Part shown: positions 27,158 to 35,563 of the stretch, one piece after another
Layout: each line of letters starts with the position of its first letter
How positions within the stretch are numbered: the first letter of the stretch is position 1
Assembly (NCBI GenBank): GCA_001775995.1
Contig: MEZH01000013.1
Coordinates: forward strand, 1 to 37,654
Length of the DNA: 37,654 nt
Source: Candidatus Bathyarchaeota archaeon RBG_16_48_13
GTDB lineage: Archaea; Thermoproteota; Bathyarchaeia; RBG-16-48-13
Reading direction: 5' to 3'
Made by a program: the position numbers and the translations under genes
The notes under the pieces: generated by a model
Databases searched by the model: none
What the model saw: the letters and a program-made list of their open reading frames with translations, nothing else
What the model was told of the DNA's origin: nothing

Positions 27158-28318
27158 TTATCTGTCAGCCTCCGGTGGAAAGTAGTCTAGACTACCGTAA
27201 ACGGCTGGGATATCAGCCAATTTCTGGCCCAGCAGTGCGTGTTTGAAGGCTATCAAGTTCTTGAACGAGGGCGTCACGATCCTGAATCTATAAGGGTGAG
27301 TCGAACCATCGCTCACTAAATAGTGGAAGAGTTCGCCTCGGCTCGCTTCGACGCGTGAAACTGCCTCACCTTTTGAGGGCTTTAGCCCAGAAAACAGAGC
27401 AGGAAATTTCACTGAACTCCTCTTTTCAAACCGTGTTCTTGAAGGTACAAGATCCAAATATCTGTCTGCAAGGATCGAGCCGTCAGGTATTTTGCCCAGG
27501 ATTTGCCTTATCATGCTGATGCTTTGTTCGATTTCGCCTATTCTTACCAGAAGTCGAGCATGGGCGTCGCCTTCATCTCTGACTACTACCTCAAAGTCCA
27601 AGTCAGGGTAGATGCAGTAGGGCTCAATTTTCCTTACATCGTAAGCAATGCCGGAAGCTCTGAGGTTCGGACCGACTACCCCGATTCTAGCCGCATCAAT
27701 CCTATTGATGACTCCAACTCCTTTCAGGCGAGCCAATGTCACTGGATTGTGGACGAAGATGCGGTCATAGTCTTTGAGCCTTCTCTCCATGTAACTGAGG
27801 GCCTTCAGGGCGTCATTCCTGAAGTCTTGAGGCAGGTCTCTTCTGACGCCACCAGGTATGATATATGAATAGCTGAGTCTGGCCCCAGTAAGGCGTTGAG
27901 CTAGCTCTATGAATGGCTCCCTGTCCCCAAATGCCCACATCAGCATGGTGGTGGAGCCGATCATATTCCCGTGAATGCCCATTCCGTAGAGGTGACTATG
28001 AATTCTGTTGATCTCGGCCAACAATATCCTCAAGTATTGTGCACGAAGTGGCGCATCTATTCCGAGCAGTCTTTCTAATGCTAGGACGTAACCTAGATTG
28101 TGATTGGCTGTATCAGGCAACGAAGTCCTTTCCACTAATGGTATGATTTGCACGTAAGTCTTAGTTTCGGCTATCTTCTCTACAGCTCGATGCACGTAGC
28201 CGATATTTGGCTCGAAATTGAGGATAACGTCTCCATCCATCTCGGCGACAAGCCTCATATGCCCAGAGCCGGGGTGTTGAGGCCCAATTAGGAGTTCTAA
28301 GGTTTGCTCTTCACTCAT
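27158..28318 (-). CDS. nuoD: Complex I-like subunit D (no NiFe-binding cysteines)
   Basis: GPQHPGSGH, GYVHRAVEK, EINRIHSHL, EASRGE and RFRIVTPSF; ends DYFPPEADR; neither hydrogenase CxxC motif is present. Confidence 0.93.
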   Translation of the reverse strand: MSEEQTLELLIGPQHPGSGHMRLVAEMDGDVILNFEPNIGYVHRAVEKIAETKTYVQIIPLVERTSLPDTANHNLGYVLALERLLGIDAPLRAQYLRILLAEINRIHSHLYGMGIHGNMIGSTTMLMWAFGDREPFIELAQRLTGARLSYSYIIPGGVRRDLPQDFRNDALKALSYMERRLKDYDRIFVHNPVTLARLKGVGVINRIDAARIGVVGPNLRASGIAYDVRKIEPYCIYPDLDFEVVVRDEGDAHARLLVRIGEIEQSISMIRQILGKIPDGSILADRYLDLVPSRTRFEKRSSVKFPALFSGLKPSKGEAVSRVEASRGELFHYLVSDGSTHPYRFRIVTPSFKNLIAFKHALLGQKLADIPAVYGSLDYFPPEADR

Positions 28319-28791
28319 GCGTCTATTCCTTCGGTCCTTATCGTGTAGCTCTTCCTGAGTGGTGGCTCGCCTTCGAAGTCCTCCGGAAGCAGGAGTCTTG
28401 CCATCGCTTCACGTCCTCCGAAGTTTATTCCCATGAGGTCCGTGGTCTCTCTTTCGAGAAACTCAATACTTGGCCAAACGGCGACCAGCGTGTGGATATT
28501 GGGCTCCTGACGACTGACCGTAGTTCTGATTTCAAGGATGGTCTTCGCCAACTCCAAGTCTTCAAATGACGAAACATGATAGATGACATCTATTCTGTTC
28601 TCTTCTGGGTAATCTGTGGCGGTAACCGATATCACATGATCAAATTTCAAGTTTTTCAGCAGGTGGGCTGTTTCCAATATCTTTGAGGCGTCAACCGTGA
28701 TCGATAACCCATTCTGTTTCGTTAAGAGGACCCTTGTCACAATGCCCTTCAACTTGTCAGAGATCAGGCCAGAAAGTTCTTCAGTTTTCAG
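28315..28791 (-). CDS. nuoC: Complex I-like subunit C (start either CTG 28791 or TTG 28752)
   Basis: SVTATDY, ERETTDLMGINF and LLLPEDFEGEPPLRKSY motifs; frame open to 28800 with AGGTGA RBS upstream of the CTG. Confidence 0.88.
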   Translation of the reverse strand: MKTEELSGLISDKLKGIVTRVLLTKQNGLSITVDASKILETAHLLKNLKFDHVISVTATDYPEENRIDVIYHVSSFEDLELAKTILEIRTTVSRQEPNIHTLVAVWPSIEFLERETTDLMGINFGGREAMARLLLPEDFEGEPPLRKSYTIRTEGIDA

Positions 28792-29269
28792 GGTGAGGTG
28801 TCACCTTTTTTCTAATTTTTTCTTGCTCCATCGTCAATGATTTCAGAATTGCCTCAGGCCTTGGAGGGCATCCAGGTATGTAAACATCAACGGGGAGTAT
28901 TTCATGAGGTCTGACTATGTTGTAGCTGTTCCAGAAAATCCCGCCATCGATGGCACATGCACCCATAGCAAAAACGAACTTGGGCTCAGGCATCTGTTCG
29001 TAAACAATCTTTGCCGCTTCAGCCATTTTCTTGGTTACAGTTCCTTCTATGAAAAGAACATTGCATTGGCGCGTCCCCACGAAGGGCAGGAAGCCGTATC
29101 TTTCGGCATCGTATCTTGGGCAGAAACTTGCCGCAAATTCTGACCCACAGCAAGCCGTAGTGAAGTGCACTGGCCAAAGAGAGAATGATGTCCCCCAATC
29201 TTTGAGGGAACTCAAAATCTTTTGTCGGGCTAACGCCCTCGACAATCTTCTTATGACCGCATCGAACAT
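28781..29269 (-). CDS. nuoB: Complex I-like subunit B (N2 cluster)
   Basis: Tandem Cys TACCGSE, EQMPEPK, GACAIDGG and DVYIPGCPPRPE; ATG 29269 lies 2 nt after the nuoA stop. Confidence 0.94.
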   Translation of the reverse strand: MFDAVIRRLSRALARQKILSSLKDWGTSFSLWPVHFTTACCGSEFAASFCPRYDAERYGFLPFVGTRQCNVLFIEGTVTKKMAEAAKIVYEQMPEPKFVFAMGACAIDGGIFWNSYNIVRPHEILPVDVYIPGCPPRPEAILKSLTMEQEKIRKKVTPHPEN

Positions 29270-29271
29270 GT

Positions 29272-29673
29272 TCAGCGTTCCTTTCTTTCCTTGATTTTCC
29301 ACAGCTCAATCCTATTCGCCGCATCCAAACCAAAAACTAGGGGGGGAGCGAGCATGAGCATGATCAATACGAAGAGTTGGACGACGCTATAGTACATCTC
29401 GTGCGTTTCCATCAAGAGAAGAAACAAATAGAAGAAAATGGGCTCAACGGTGAGAAAAACCACCAAGTAGGCATAGTATTGCATGGTGAACCAACCTCTC
29501 CCTCTTTTGGAGGGGGGGTTACCCGCTTCAAACCTCGCCTCCTTTATGGTCGAGTGTTTTGGAGGGGCAACGAGTCGGCTTATGGCGTAGCTCAGCAAGC
29601 CGGCACCCAAGCCACCGGACAGAGCCAAGAGAAAGGTGACCAAAGCATTATAGTCCAACGCGAGTTGACTCAC
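29272..29673 (-). CDS. nuoA: Complex I-like subunit A
   Basis: Three TM helices; RFEAGNPP and MQYYAYLVVFLTVEP motifs; GTG 29673 with G-rich RBS. Confidence 0.88.
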   Translation of the reverse strand: MSQLALDYNALVTFLLALSGGLGAGLLSYAISRLVAPPKHSTIKEARFEAGNPPSKRGRGWFTMQYYAYLVVFLTVEPIFFYLFLLLMETHEMYYSVVQLFVLIMLMLAPPLVFGLDAANRIELWKIKERKER

Positions 29674-29702
29674 AAATTGCCCCCATAAATATCTCGAATA
29701 GG

Positions 29703-30611
29703 TCAGAGAACTCCCTTGTATACCCGCACCGCCGGGCAACCCATGCATTGACCCTCAATGAATTGGACGCATTCAGCACATTTTCTACCACATGGTGCTA
29801 TATCTTCCTTCGCAGGGAAGACCCTTATATGGAATGCATCAGTCACGAGCGGCGGCTCAGAGCTGTGAACCGAGACGAGTTCTGTATCTTTGATGCCCTT
29901 AAAACTCTCAACGGTCGAGTTCAGGGTGCTCTGATCTTCGCCCCAGAGGAGAGTGAGTATGTTTGCTTTGTCAGTAGGCTTCAAGATCATCAGCACACGC
30001 GGGCAACTGAGCAGCATTTTCTCCAGTTTTTGGCGCGCATCAGAGTTCTTGCTCTCGAACGCTGCCAAAGTTGTCTTCATGCCCAGTTCGCTAAGGTTGA
30101 TCCCTGGCTTCAAGGAAAGGATCTTTCCGCTTACTAGACGATTCAATTTTGCTATTACGGTTGGTCGAGAGGACCCGATTTCCCTTGAAATTTGGAGGAC
30201 GGGCTTCCTGGAATCTCTTCGAAGTGCTTCAATGATCTTGAGGTCGATGGCATCTAGTTTCGTGGCACGACCCGGGACACTTGCATGAATTGTTCCATGC
30301 AATTTAGCATATTGAAGGGCTTCGTTCAACGAATAATCCGTTCTTTCGAGCTTGAGTCCTACCTTGGAGAAAAGCAAGGCTGCTATTAGATTTTCAATTT
30401 TAGTCGAGCCGACTCCGAAAATCGTTCTCAGTTCGTCGCTGATAGCTCTCTGGTTATTTTCGATTTCGTCACGGCGCAGAAGATTCTTTCCTTCGATGTG
30501 AACCAGGAAACTTTCTGCCGTCTTCTCATCGAGCATGATGTTCAAAGCCTCTCGAATGGAATCCAACACAAGTCCATCGAAGGTTTTGACCAGTTTTGAA
30601 GTGGTCTTCAT
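29703..30611 (-). CDS. Lrp/AsnC-family regulator with DUF3227-like N-terminal domain and five-Cys C-terminal tail
   Basis: LDAIDLKIIEALRRDSRKPVLQISREIGSSRPTV (AsnC HTH); helical N-terminal domain; tail CGRKCAECVQFIEGQCMGCP. Confidence 0.82.
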   Translation of the reverse strand: MKTTSKLVKTFDGLVLDSIREALNIMLDEKTAESFLVHIEGKNLLRRDEIENNQRAISDELRTIFGVGSTKIENLIAALLFSKVGLKLERTDYSLNEALQYAKLHGTIHASVPGRATKLDAIDLKIIEALRRDSRKPVLQISREIGSSRPTVIAKLNRLVSGKILSLKPGINLSELGMKTTLAAFESKNSDARQKLEKMLLSCPRVLMILKPTDKANILTLLWGEDQSTLNSTVESFKGIKDTELVSVHSSEPPLVTDAFHIRVFPAKEDIAPCGRKCAECVQFIEGQCMGCPAVRVYKGVL

Positions 30612-31096
30612 TTCGAATCCCTTGAGATTCTCTTGAGGGCGCTGATTCTTTTCTTGTATTCTTCAGCCGAGATCAGGTCCATTTGGGTAACGGTCCCGTC
30701 GGACTCGTAGACTGATGGATAGACGTAGATCTTCATGTCGGGGCTCTTCCGATAGAGTGCTGCGCCGATGGCTAGGGCAATCGGACACGGTAGATCGATT
30801 CCTTTTATCTTGGAATGCACTCCGTGTTCTCCGCCAGCGAAGAGACACTTTCTGATTATGAAACTGTACTTGTTGCCATTCTTTTTGAGCTCTAGCCCCT
30901 TGTAGAGACCTGTTCTCTCAAGCTCAATCAGCAAATCCCTCACATCTTTTTGACCGAAATGCTCGAAATAGCTTTCAACTGTGTTATTGATGCCCTTGAT
31001 GGCCATCTCGTGAACATCGAAGAAGTTTCTCTCCTTCTTCAACGCTTGAAAAGTTCCGAAATAGACGCCGTGCAGAGCGCACGCCAAGGTACGCAT
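30608..31096 (-). CDS. V4R/MetOD1-like small ligand-binding protein
   Basis: KCLFA...HGVH...PCPIAL pattern; TGA overlaps the regulator ATG (ATGA); ATG 31096 preferred. Confidence 0.55.
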   Translation of the reverse strand: MRTLACALHGVYFGTFQALKKERNFFDVHEMAIKGINNTVESYFEHFGQKDVRDLLIELERTGLYKGLELKKNGNKYSFIIRKCLFAGGEHGVHSKIKGIDLPCPIALAIGAALYRKSPDMKIYVYPSVYESDGTVTQMDLISAEEYKKRISALKRISRDSK

Positions 31097-31318
31097 ATTC
31101 TCTAATTCTTCCTTTCCGGTCGTGCTGTCCTGTCCCCCAAGGGAATATGCGCATCGAGGACCCTTATTAGCATTTTGTAAAGGGAAAGGGATGAAAGGAC
31201 ATTGTGGCGCGGTCCAAAGCGTCTCCACCCTTCCATGCTGACGAGTGAATGCATGCGAACCCATGCAAAGTGTAAACCACCTATCGATAAGTTTAATTAT
31301 TGAAGGAATTCATCTTAC

Positions 31319-32311
31319 TTGGGCGACGAAATGTTAGAGAAGCCTGCAAATGCGTTGCCAACGGCGGATATTTTGGGGCTACGAAGCCTAGTCAACCGCC
31401 ACATGAAAGGTCTCCTATCTTCCATCGGACACCTGAGTCTTAGTCCTCAACTTGATTATTGTCTCCTCTCACCTGGAAAGAGACTCAGACCCTTAATAGT
31501 CCTCCTTTCGACCTATGCCGTTGGAGGCGATTTGGAAAAATCTCTACCGCTTGCGCTTTCCATCGAGGCGCTGCACACGGCCACGTTGGTCCATGATGAC
31601 GCCATAGATCGTGATCAAGATCGGAGAGGCGTTCCCACGGTTCACACTAGGTGGGGTGTTGGCGATGCCATACTTGTTGGTGATTCTCTGATCTCTCTTT
31701 CCATAAGTTTGGCCGCGGACTACGGCCGAGAGATAGTGAAAATCATCGCTAACACAGGTTTGGAACTCTCCGATGGAGAACATGCCGAGGCATCATCACA
31801 GTTGAAAATATCCACTGAAAATCAATACTACGCAAGAATCCGAGGTAAATCTGCAGCCCTTTTCAGGGCCGCGGCCAGAGTCGGGGCGTTGGCGGGGGGC
31901 GGTAACGGGCGTGAAGTCGACGCCTTGGGAGAATTCGGCGAGAGATTCGGCTTAGCCTATCAGATCAGGGACGACATTCAAGACCTGATGGAGAAGGGAA
32001 GTGAGATGCCCCGAGACCTGCGGAATAAAGTCCCCACGTTGCCGATCCTTCATTTGTATCGTAATGGAGACGCCGGGGTCAGGAGGCTTCTGGACAGGGG
32101 CTTCACTGAGGGCTTTTCGATTGCAGAAGCTCGCCAAATAGTGGTCGAACTCGAATCGAGTGGTTCGATTCTCTATTGCGAGCAAAAAATCGAGGAAAAT
32201 CTCGGAGCGGCCCTGAGAGCGTTGGCCGAGATCAGGTTCGCCAAGGCAAAGAATCTCCTAACTGAGTTGTTTGAGGTCGCTATTCCACATGTGGGGATGC
32301 AACCGCCATGA
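31319..32311 (+). CDS. Trans-polyprenyl diphosphate synthase, probably long-chain
   Basis: GKRLRP, FARM HTATLVHDDAIDRDQDRRG, GKSA and SARM YQIRDDIQD; start TTG 31319 or ATG 31331. Confidence 0.92.
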   Translation: MGDEMLEKPANALPTADILGLRSLVNRHMKGLLSSIGHLSLSPQLDYCLLSPGKRLRPLIVLLSTYAVGGDLEKSLPLALSIEALHTATLVHDDAIDRDQDRRGVPTVHTRWGVGDAILVGDSLISLSISLAADYGREIVKIIANTGLELSDGEHAEASSQLKISTENQYYARIRGKSAALFRAAARVGALAGGGNGREVDALGEFGERFGLAYQIRDDIQDLMEKGSEMPRDLRNKVPTLPILHLYRNGDAGVRRLLDRGFTEGFSIAEARQIVVELESSGSILYCEQKIEENLGAALRALAEIRFAKAKNLLTELFEVAIPHVGMQPP

Positions 32312-33255
32312 AGCCGATTCACGGATTTGCGCCGTCCAGTCTGAAGGTCAAGATCCCCTTGTTGCTGGCTGAGTTGCGGGCACCATTTCTAACCGCAAGC
32401 CTGGCTTCCGTGTTCTTAGGAACGGCGATGGCTTGGGTGTCCTGGAAGAATATTGATCCAATATTCTTGCTGCTGACCCTGGCCGGAACGTTTTGTCTTC
32501 ACTCGAGTGCGAATGTGATCAACGATTATTTCGACTACAAGAGTGGCTGTGACGGGCTCAACAGAGATTCTATTCCCCCATTTACCGGAGGAAGTGGCCT
32601 CCTTGTCAGCGGCGCCCTGCGCCCGAATGAGGTGCTTGCGCTCGCTTCGAGCCTATTCCTGACAGCAGGGGCAATTGGCCTTTACCTCGCAATGATCAGA
32701 GGGTGGATCATCCTAGTCCTAGTCGCCGTCGCCGTTCTTTCCGGATATTTCTACACGACTCACCTCGCAACCAGAGGTGTTGGAGAGCTCGTCGTAGGTC
32801 TTTGCTTCGGTCCGCTTCTTGCATTCGGAACATATTATGTCCAGACCAACTCCTTCGCGCTGGGACCTCTGTTAGCGGGTTTGCCGCTGGGCCTACTTGT
32901 GGCAGCCATACTTTGGATAAACGAAATACCTGATTACAGAGCTGACAGCCTAGTAGGGAAGAACACGGCCGTCGTCAGGCTCGGGAAAAGAAGAGCTGCT
33001 CAAGTTTACGTATGCATTGTCGGCCTCGCGTACGCGATCATCGGGTTCGGCATCCTAGCCCGTGTCCTCCCGGTAACATCAGCTCTAACCTTCTTGTCAC
33101 TCCCCTTGGCACTCAAAGCCGCGAGAATAGCGAACACTAGTTATGATTCGAAGGAGTTGAGACCCGCAAATGGACTCACCATTTCGACGCACCTCGTCGT
33201 TGGAATCCTCTTGACAACTGGATACATCCTGCTGCCTCTTCTCCCTGCCATCTAG
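32308..33255 (+). CDS. menA: 1,4-dihydroxy-2-naphthoate polyprenyltransferase (MenA, UbiA superfamily)
   Basis: LRAPFLTAS, NVINDYFDYKSGCD, FTGGSG, GELVVGLCFG and INEIPDYRADSLVGKNTAVVRLG motifs; overlaps upstream gene. Confidence 0.85.
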   Translation: MKPIHGFAPSSLKVKIPLLLAELRAPFLTASLASVFLGTAMAWVSWKNIDPIFLLLTLAGTFCLHSSANVINDYFDYKSGCDGLNRDSIPPFTGGSGLLVSGALRPNEVLALASSLFLTAGAIGLYLAMIRGWIILVLVAVAVLSGYFYTTHLATRGVGELVVGLCFGPLLAFGTYYVQTNSFALGPLLAGLPLGLLVAAILWINEIPDYRADSLVGKNTAVVRLGKRRAAQVYVCIVGLAYAIIGFGILARVLPVTSALTFLSLPLALKAARIANTSYDSKELRPANGLTISTHLVVGILLTTGYILLPLLPAI

Positions 33256-33687
33256 CACTTGAAACCACTACGTCCTTGGCACTCGTCCACGTCGAGAGAT
33301 CGGGTGGCGGACCGTCAACGCACCAATCCCCCGGCTTTTTCCTTGTGCGATCCCTCCAGCATTCCTGCTTTCCCGTTTGCGATTTCGTTTCCCTGTTCCT
33401 TCTCGTTGATGTCGAGGCATCAAGACAACGAATCTGCCCAGCGGGCTTGAACATTGTGGATTTCGTACTTGAGCCTTTGATTTACGCACACTATATGTAG
33501 TTCACTACTGTAGCCACTCATCCATATGGTCTTATCTAATGCGGGCGCATACTGATTCTTGTGCAGAGAGGAGAGGATTCGACGGGGACCTTCTGCCAAG
33601 GGTAGTCGCCCTCAACAACCGCCGTGAAACCTGGCGGTACATCCTCTCTGCCTATGATACTCTAGCTGTCCCCCCGAGACTGACCCG

Positions 33688-33837
33688 TTGAAGAGAGGCG
33701 GAGTGATCAGGGCGTTGACGTTCTCCGTCATAGGCTTGATCACATCGTGGTTCGGCTTCGTCTTCGACATAACTGGCATCCAGGACCACCCCATTTACCG
33801 CCTCAAGTTCAGAAGAAAGACCCAAACTTCTTCCTAG
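33688..33837 (+). other. Possible 49-aa single-TM ORF or remnant of a decayed membrane-protein gene
   Basis: TTG-started MKRGGVIRALTFSVIGLITSWFGFVFDITGIQDHPIYRLKFRRKTQTSS; not in the ORF track; the overlapping minus ORF looks like its antisense shadow. Confidence 0.25.
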
Positions 33838-33917
33838 TCAAACCGAGAGCACAAATCCCTCAAGACGCGCTTCACAATATTATCTCACAACGTATTGAGA
33901 AGTGAGGCAAGAGTGGG

Positions 33918-34148
33918 TTGAACTCAAGGACGACAGTAGTCGGCTTGGCACTCATTCTCATAGCATTGACTCTCGGAGGGGTGCAAGACCTCCACGTATA
34001 CAACATCTACGGAGACATTTAAGACAAGTGGTATTTCTACGGCGCGATCGGGATCGTCCTGCTCGCAGGAATCATCCTAGCGGTGTGGAGTTTGCTGAAG
34101 AAGAGTGGCACCGGGACAAGCCGATCCATTGATCGCTTTGGGAGTTGA
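33918..34148 (+). pseudogene. Small two-TM membrane protein gene interrupted by in-frame TAA (34020-34022)
   Basis: MNSRTTVVGLALILIALTLGGVQDLHVYNIYGDI*DKWYFYGAIGIVLLAGIILAVWSLLKKSGTG...; both halves are in one frame and each carries one TM helix. Confidence 0.65.
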
Positions 34149-35330
34149 CGATAATAACCCCAGAATGGCTGGAGCACTCAGTGAATAGATTTTTCCATCA
34201 AAAGCGCAGCCGTATAGTTCCTTGTTCTCGCCTATTCCGAACGAGGAAATGGTGAGATTCGAGTTGACGAGCAGCGTGTTTGTGCCGTTTGCCGCCAGCG
34301 CCCAGATTCTGCCGGAGCCGTAGTCGCCGTAAACGTAAGCACCTCTCAGTTGAGGAAGCGCTGAACCGCGGTACACGTAGCCGCCGATTATGGCGTATCC
34401 CAGGGAGTGGTTGTATTCATAAACGGGCAATTCGAGTCCTGTTTGGTTTCCGCCTTTATAGTGGAGGGTGCCTTCCATTATGTTCCAGCCGTAGTTCTTG
34501 CCTTTCTCGACGACGTCAATCTCTTCTATTTGGTCCTGTCCCACATCACCCACCCAAAGCTTTCCTGTGGCAGAATCGAAGCTGAAACGCCAAGGATTCC
34601 TAAATCCGTAAGCAAAAATCTCTTCCCTGTAACCCAACGCGTTGCCCACAAAAGGGTTGTCGGCTGGAATACCGTAGTTTCGTCCTGAGGAAGGCGAGTT
34701 CACGTCTACGCGGAGAATCTTGCCCAGGAGGGTCAAGCGGTTCTGCCCATTGCCCAAGGGGTCGCCTCCGCTTCCACCATCGCCTAAGCCAATGTAGAGG
34801 TAACCATCGGGTCCGAAGGCGAGTTGTCCGCCCTTATGGTTGGGGAAGGGCTGAGCGATCTCCAAGATAACGAATTCGCTGGCCTTATCCGCCCCATTAG
34901 GGTTACCTGCCAGGGTCTTGTACCTTGCGATAACGGTCCGTGTTGGATTTGGCTCTACGTAGTCAACATAGAAGTAGCCGTTGCTTGAGAAGTTGGGGTG
35001 AAAAGCCAGTCCGAGCAAGCCCTGTTCCCCGCTGAAAAGCACGCGGTCAGTAATGTCTAGAAAAACCGTTGAGGCAGCAGCGTCCGCTGCGTTCTGAAAA
35101 ACTCTGATGGTGCCCGCTTGCTCCACAACGAAAAGACTATTGCTGCCATCTCCTGCACTGCAGATTCCAACAGGATTACTGAAAGTCAGCTGCGAAAAGG
35201 CAATCTGAATACCGTACTTGCCTTGCACCTGGCCTGGAGGAACCGCAACGTATAGAAAATAGAAGATGAGTGTGACTGCCAATACGGAAGCAGCTATCAT
35301 CGTGAAAAGAATCTTGCCTTTCAAGCCCAC
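34077..35330 (-). CDS. N-terminally membrane-anchored PQQ-dependent sugar dehydrogenase (glucose/sorbosone dehydrogenase family)
   Basis: GLLGLAFHPNF, NHKGGQLAFGPDGYLYIGLGDGG, YGFRNPWRFSFD, GDVGQ and NYGW motifs; N-terminal TM helix. Confidence 0.9.
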   Translation of the reverse strand: MGLKGKILFTMIAASVLAVTLIFYFLYVAVPPGQVQGKYGIQIAFSQLTFSNPVGICSAGDGSNSLFVVEQAGTIRVFQNAADAAASTVFLDITDRVLFSGEQGLLGLAFHPNFSSNGYFYVDYVEPNPTRTVIARYKTLAGNPNGADKASEFVILEIAQPFPNHKGGQLAFGPDGYLYIGLGDGGSGGDPLGNGQNRLTLLGKILRVDVNSPSSGRNYGIPADNPFVGNALGYREEIFAYGFRNPWRFSFDSATGKLWVGDVGQDQIEEIDVVEKGKNYGWNIMEGTLHYKGGNQTGLELPVYEYNHSLGYAIIGGYVYRGSALPQLRGAYVYGDYGSGRIWALAANGTNTLLVNSNLTISSFGIGENKELYGCAFDGKIYSLSAPAILGLLSSTPKAINGSACPGATLLQQTPHR

Positions 35331-35563
35331 CGCTTAACCCGTTGACAATATGTTCTGTCAGCCTTAATATGTGTAGGACTGCGGTTCTGATCGATGCATT
35401 ATCATGATTTCTGTGATTAATTCTGGGGCGAGTGGATGTCTCCGAAGGGAGAAAGTCTCGACCCAAGATCACTTTGATGGCAGTCAGGTCGGAGAGATGA
35501 GAGAGCGTCTGCGAGGTCTCTGGTCCAGGGGATCCTGTTCTGTCTCTTGTATGGCGCGCGCTA

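Noticed and set aside
27158-28318. Group 4 [NiFe]-hydrogenase large subunit
   Set aside because: Both CxxC nickel-binding motifs are absent (ERTSLPD; DYFPPEADR), and no maturation genes are present.
31250-31267. TGCATG-N6-CATGCA palindrome in the divergent promoter of the respiratory cluster
   Set aside because: Only 6-bp arms and not repeated upstream of other cluster genes.
34020-34022. Pyrrolysine or selenocysteine recoding
   Set aside because: The codon is TAA, not TAG or TGA, and no pyl or sel genes are present.
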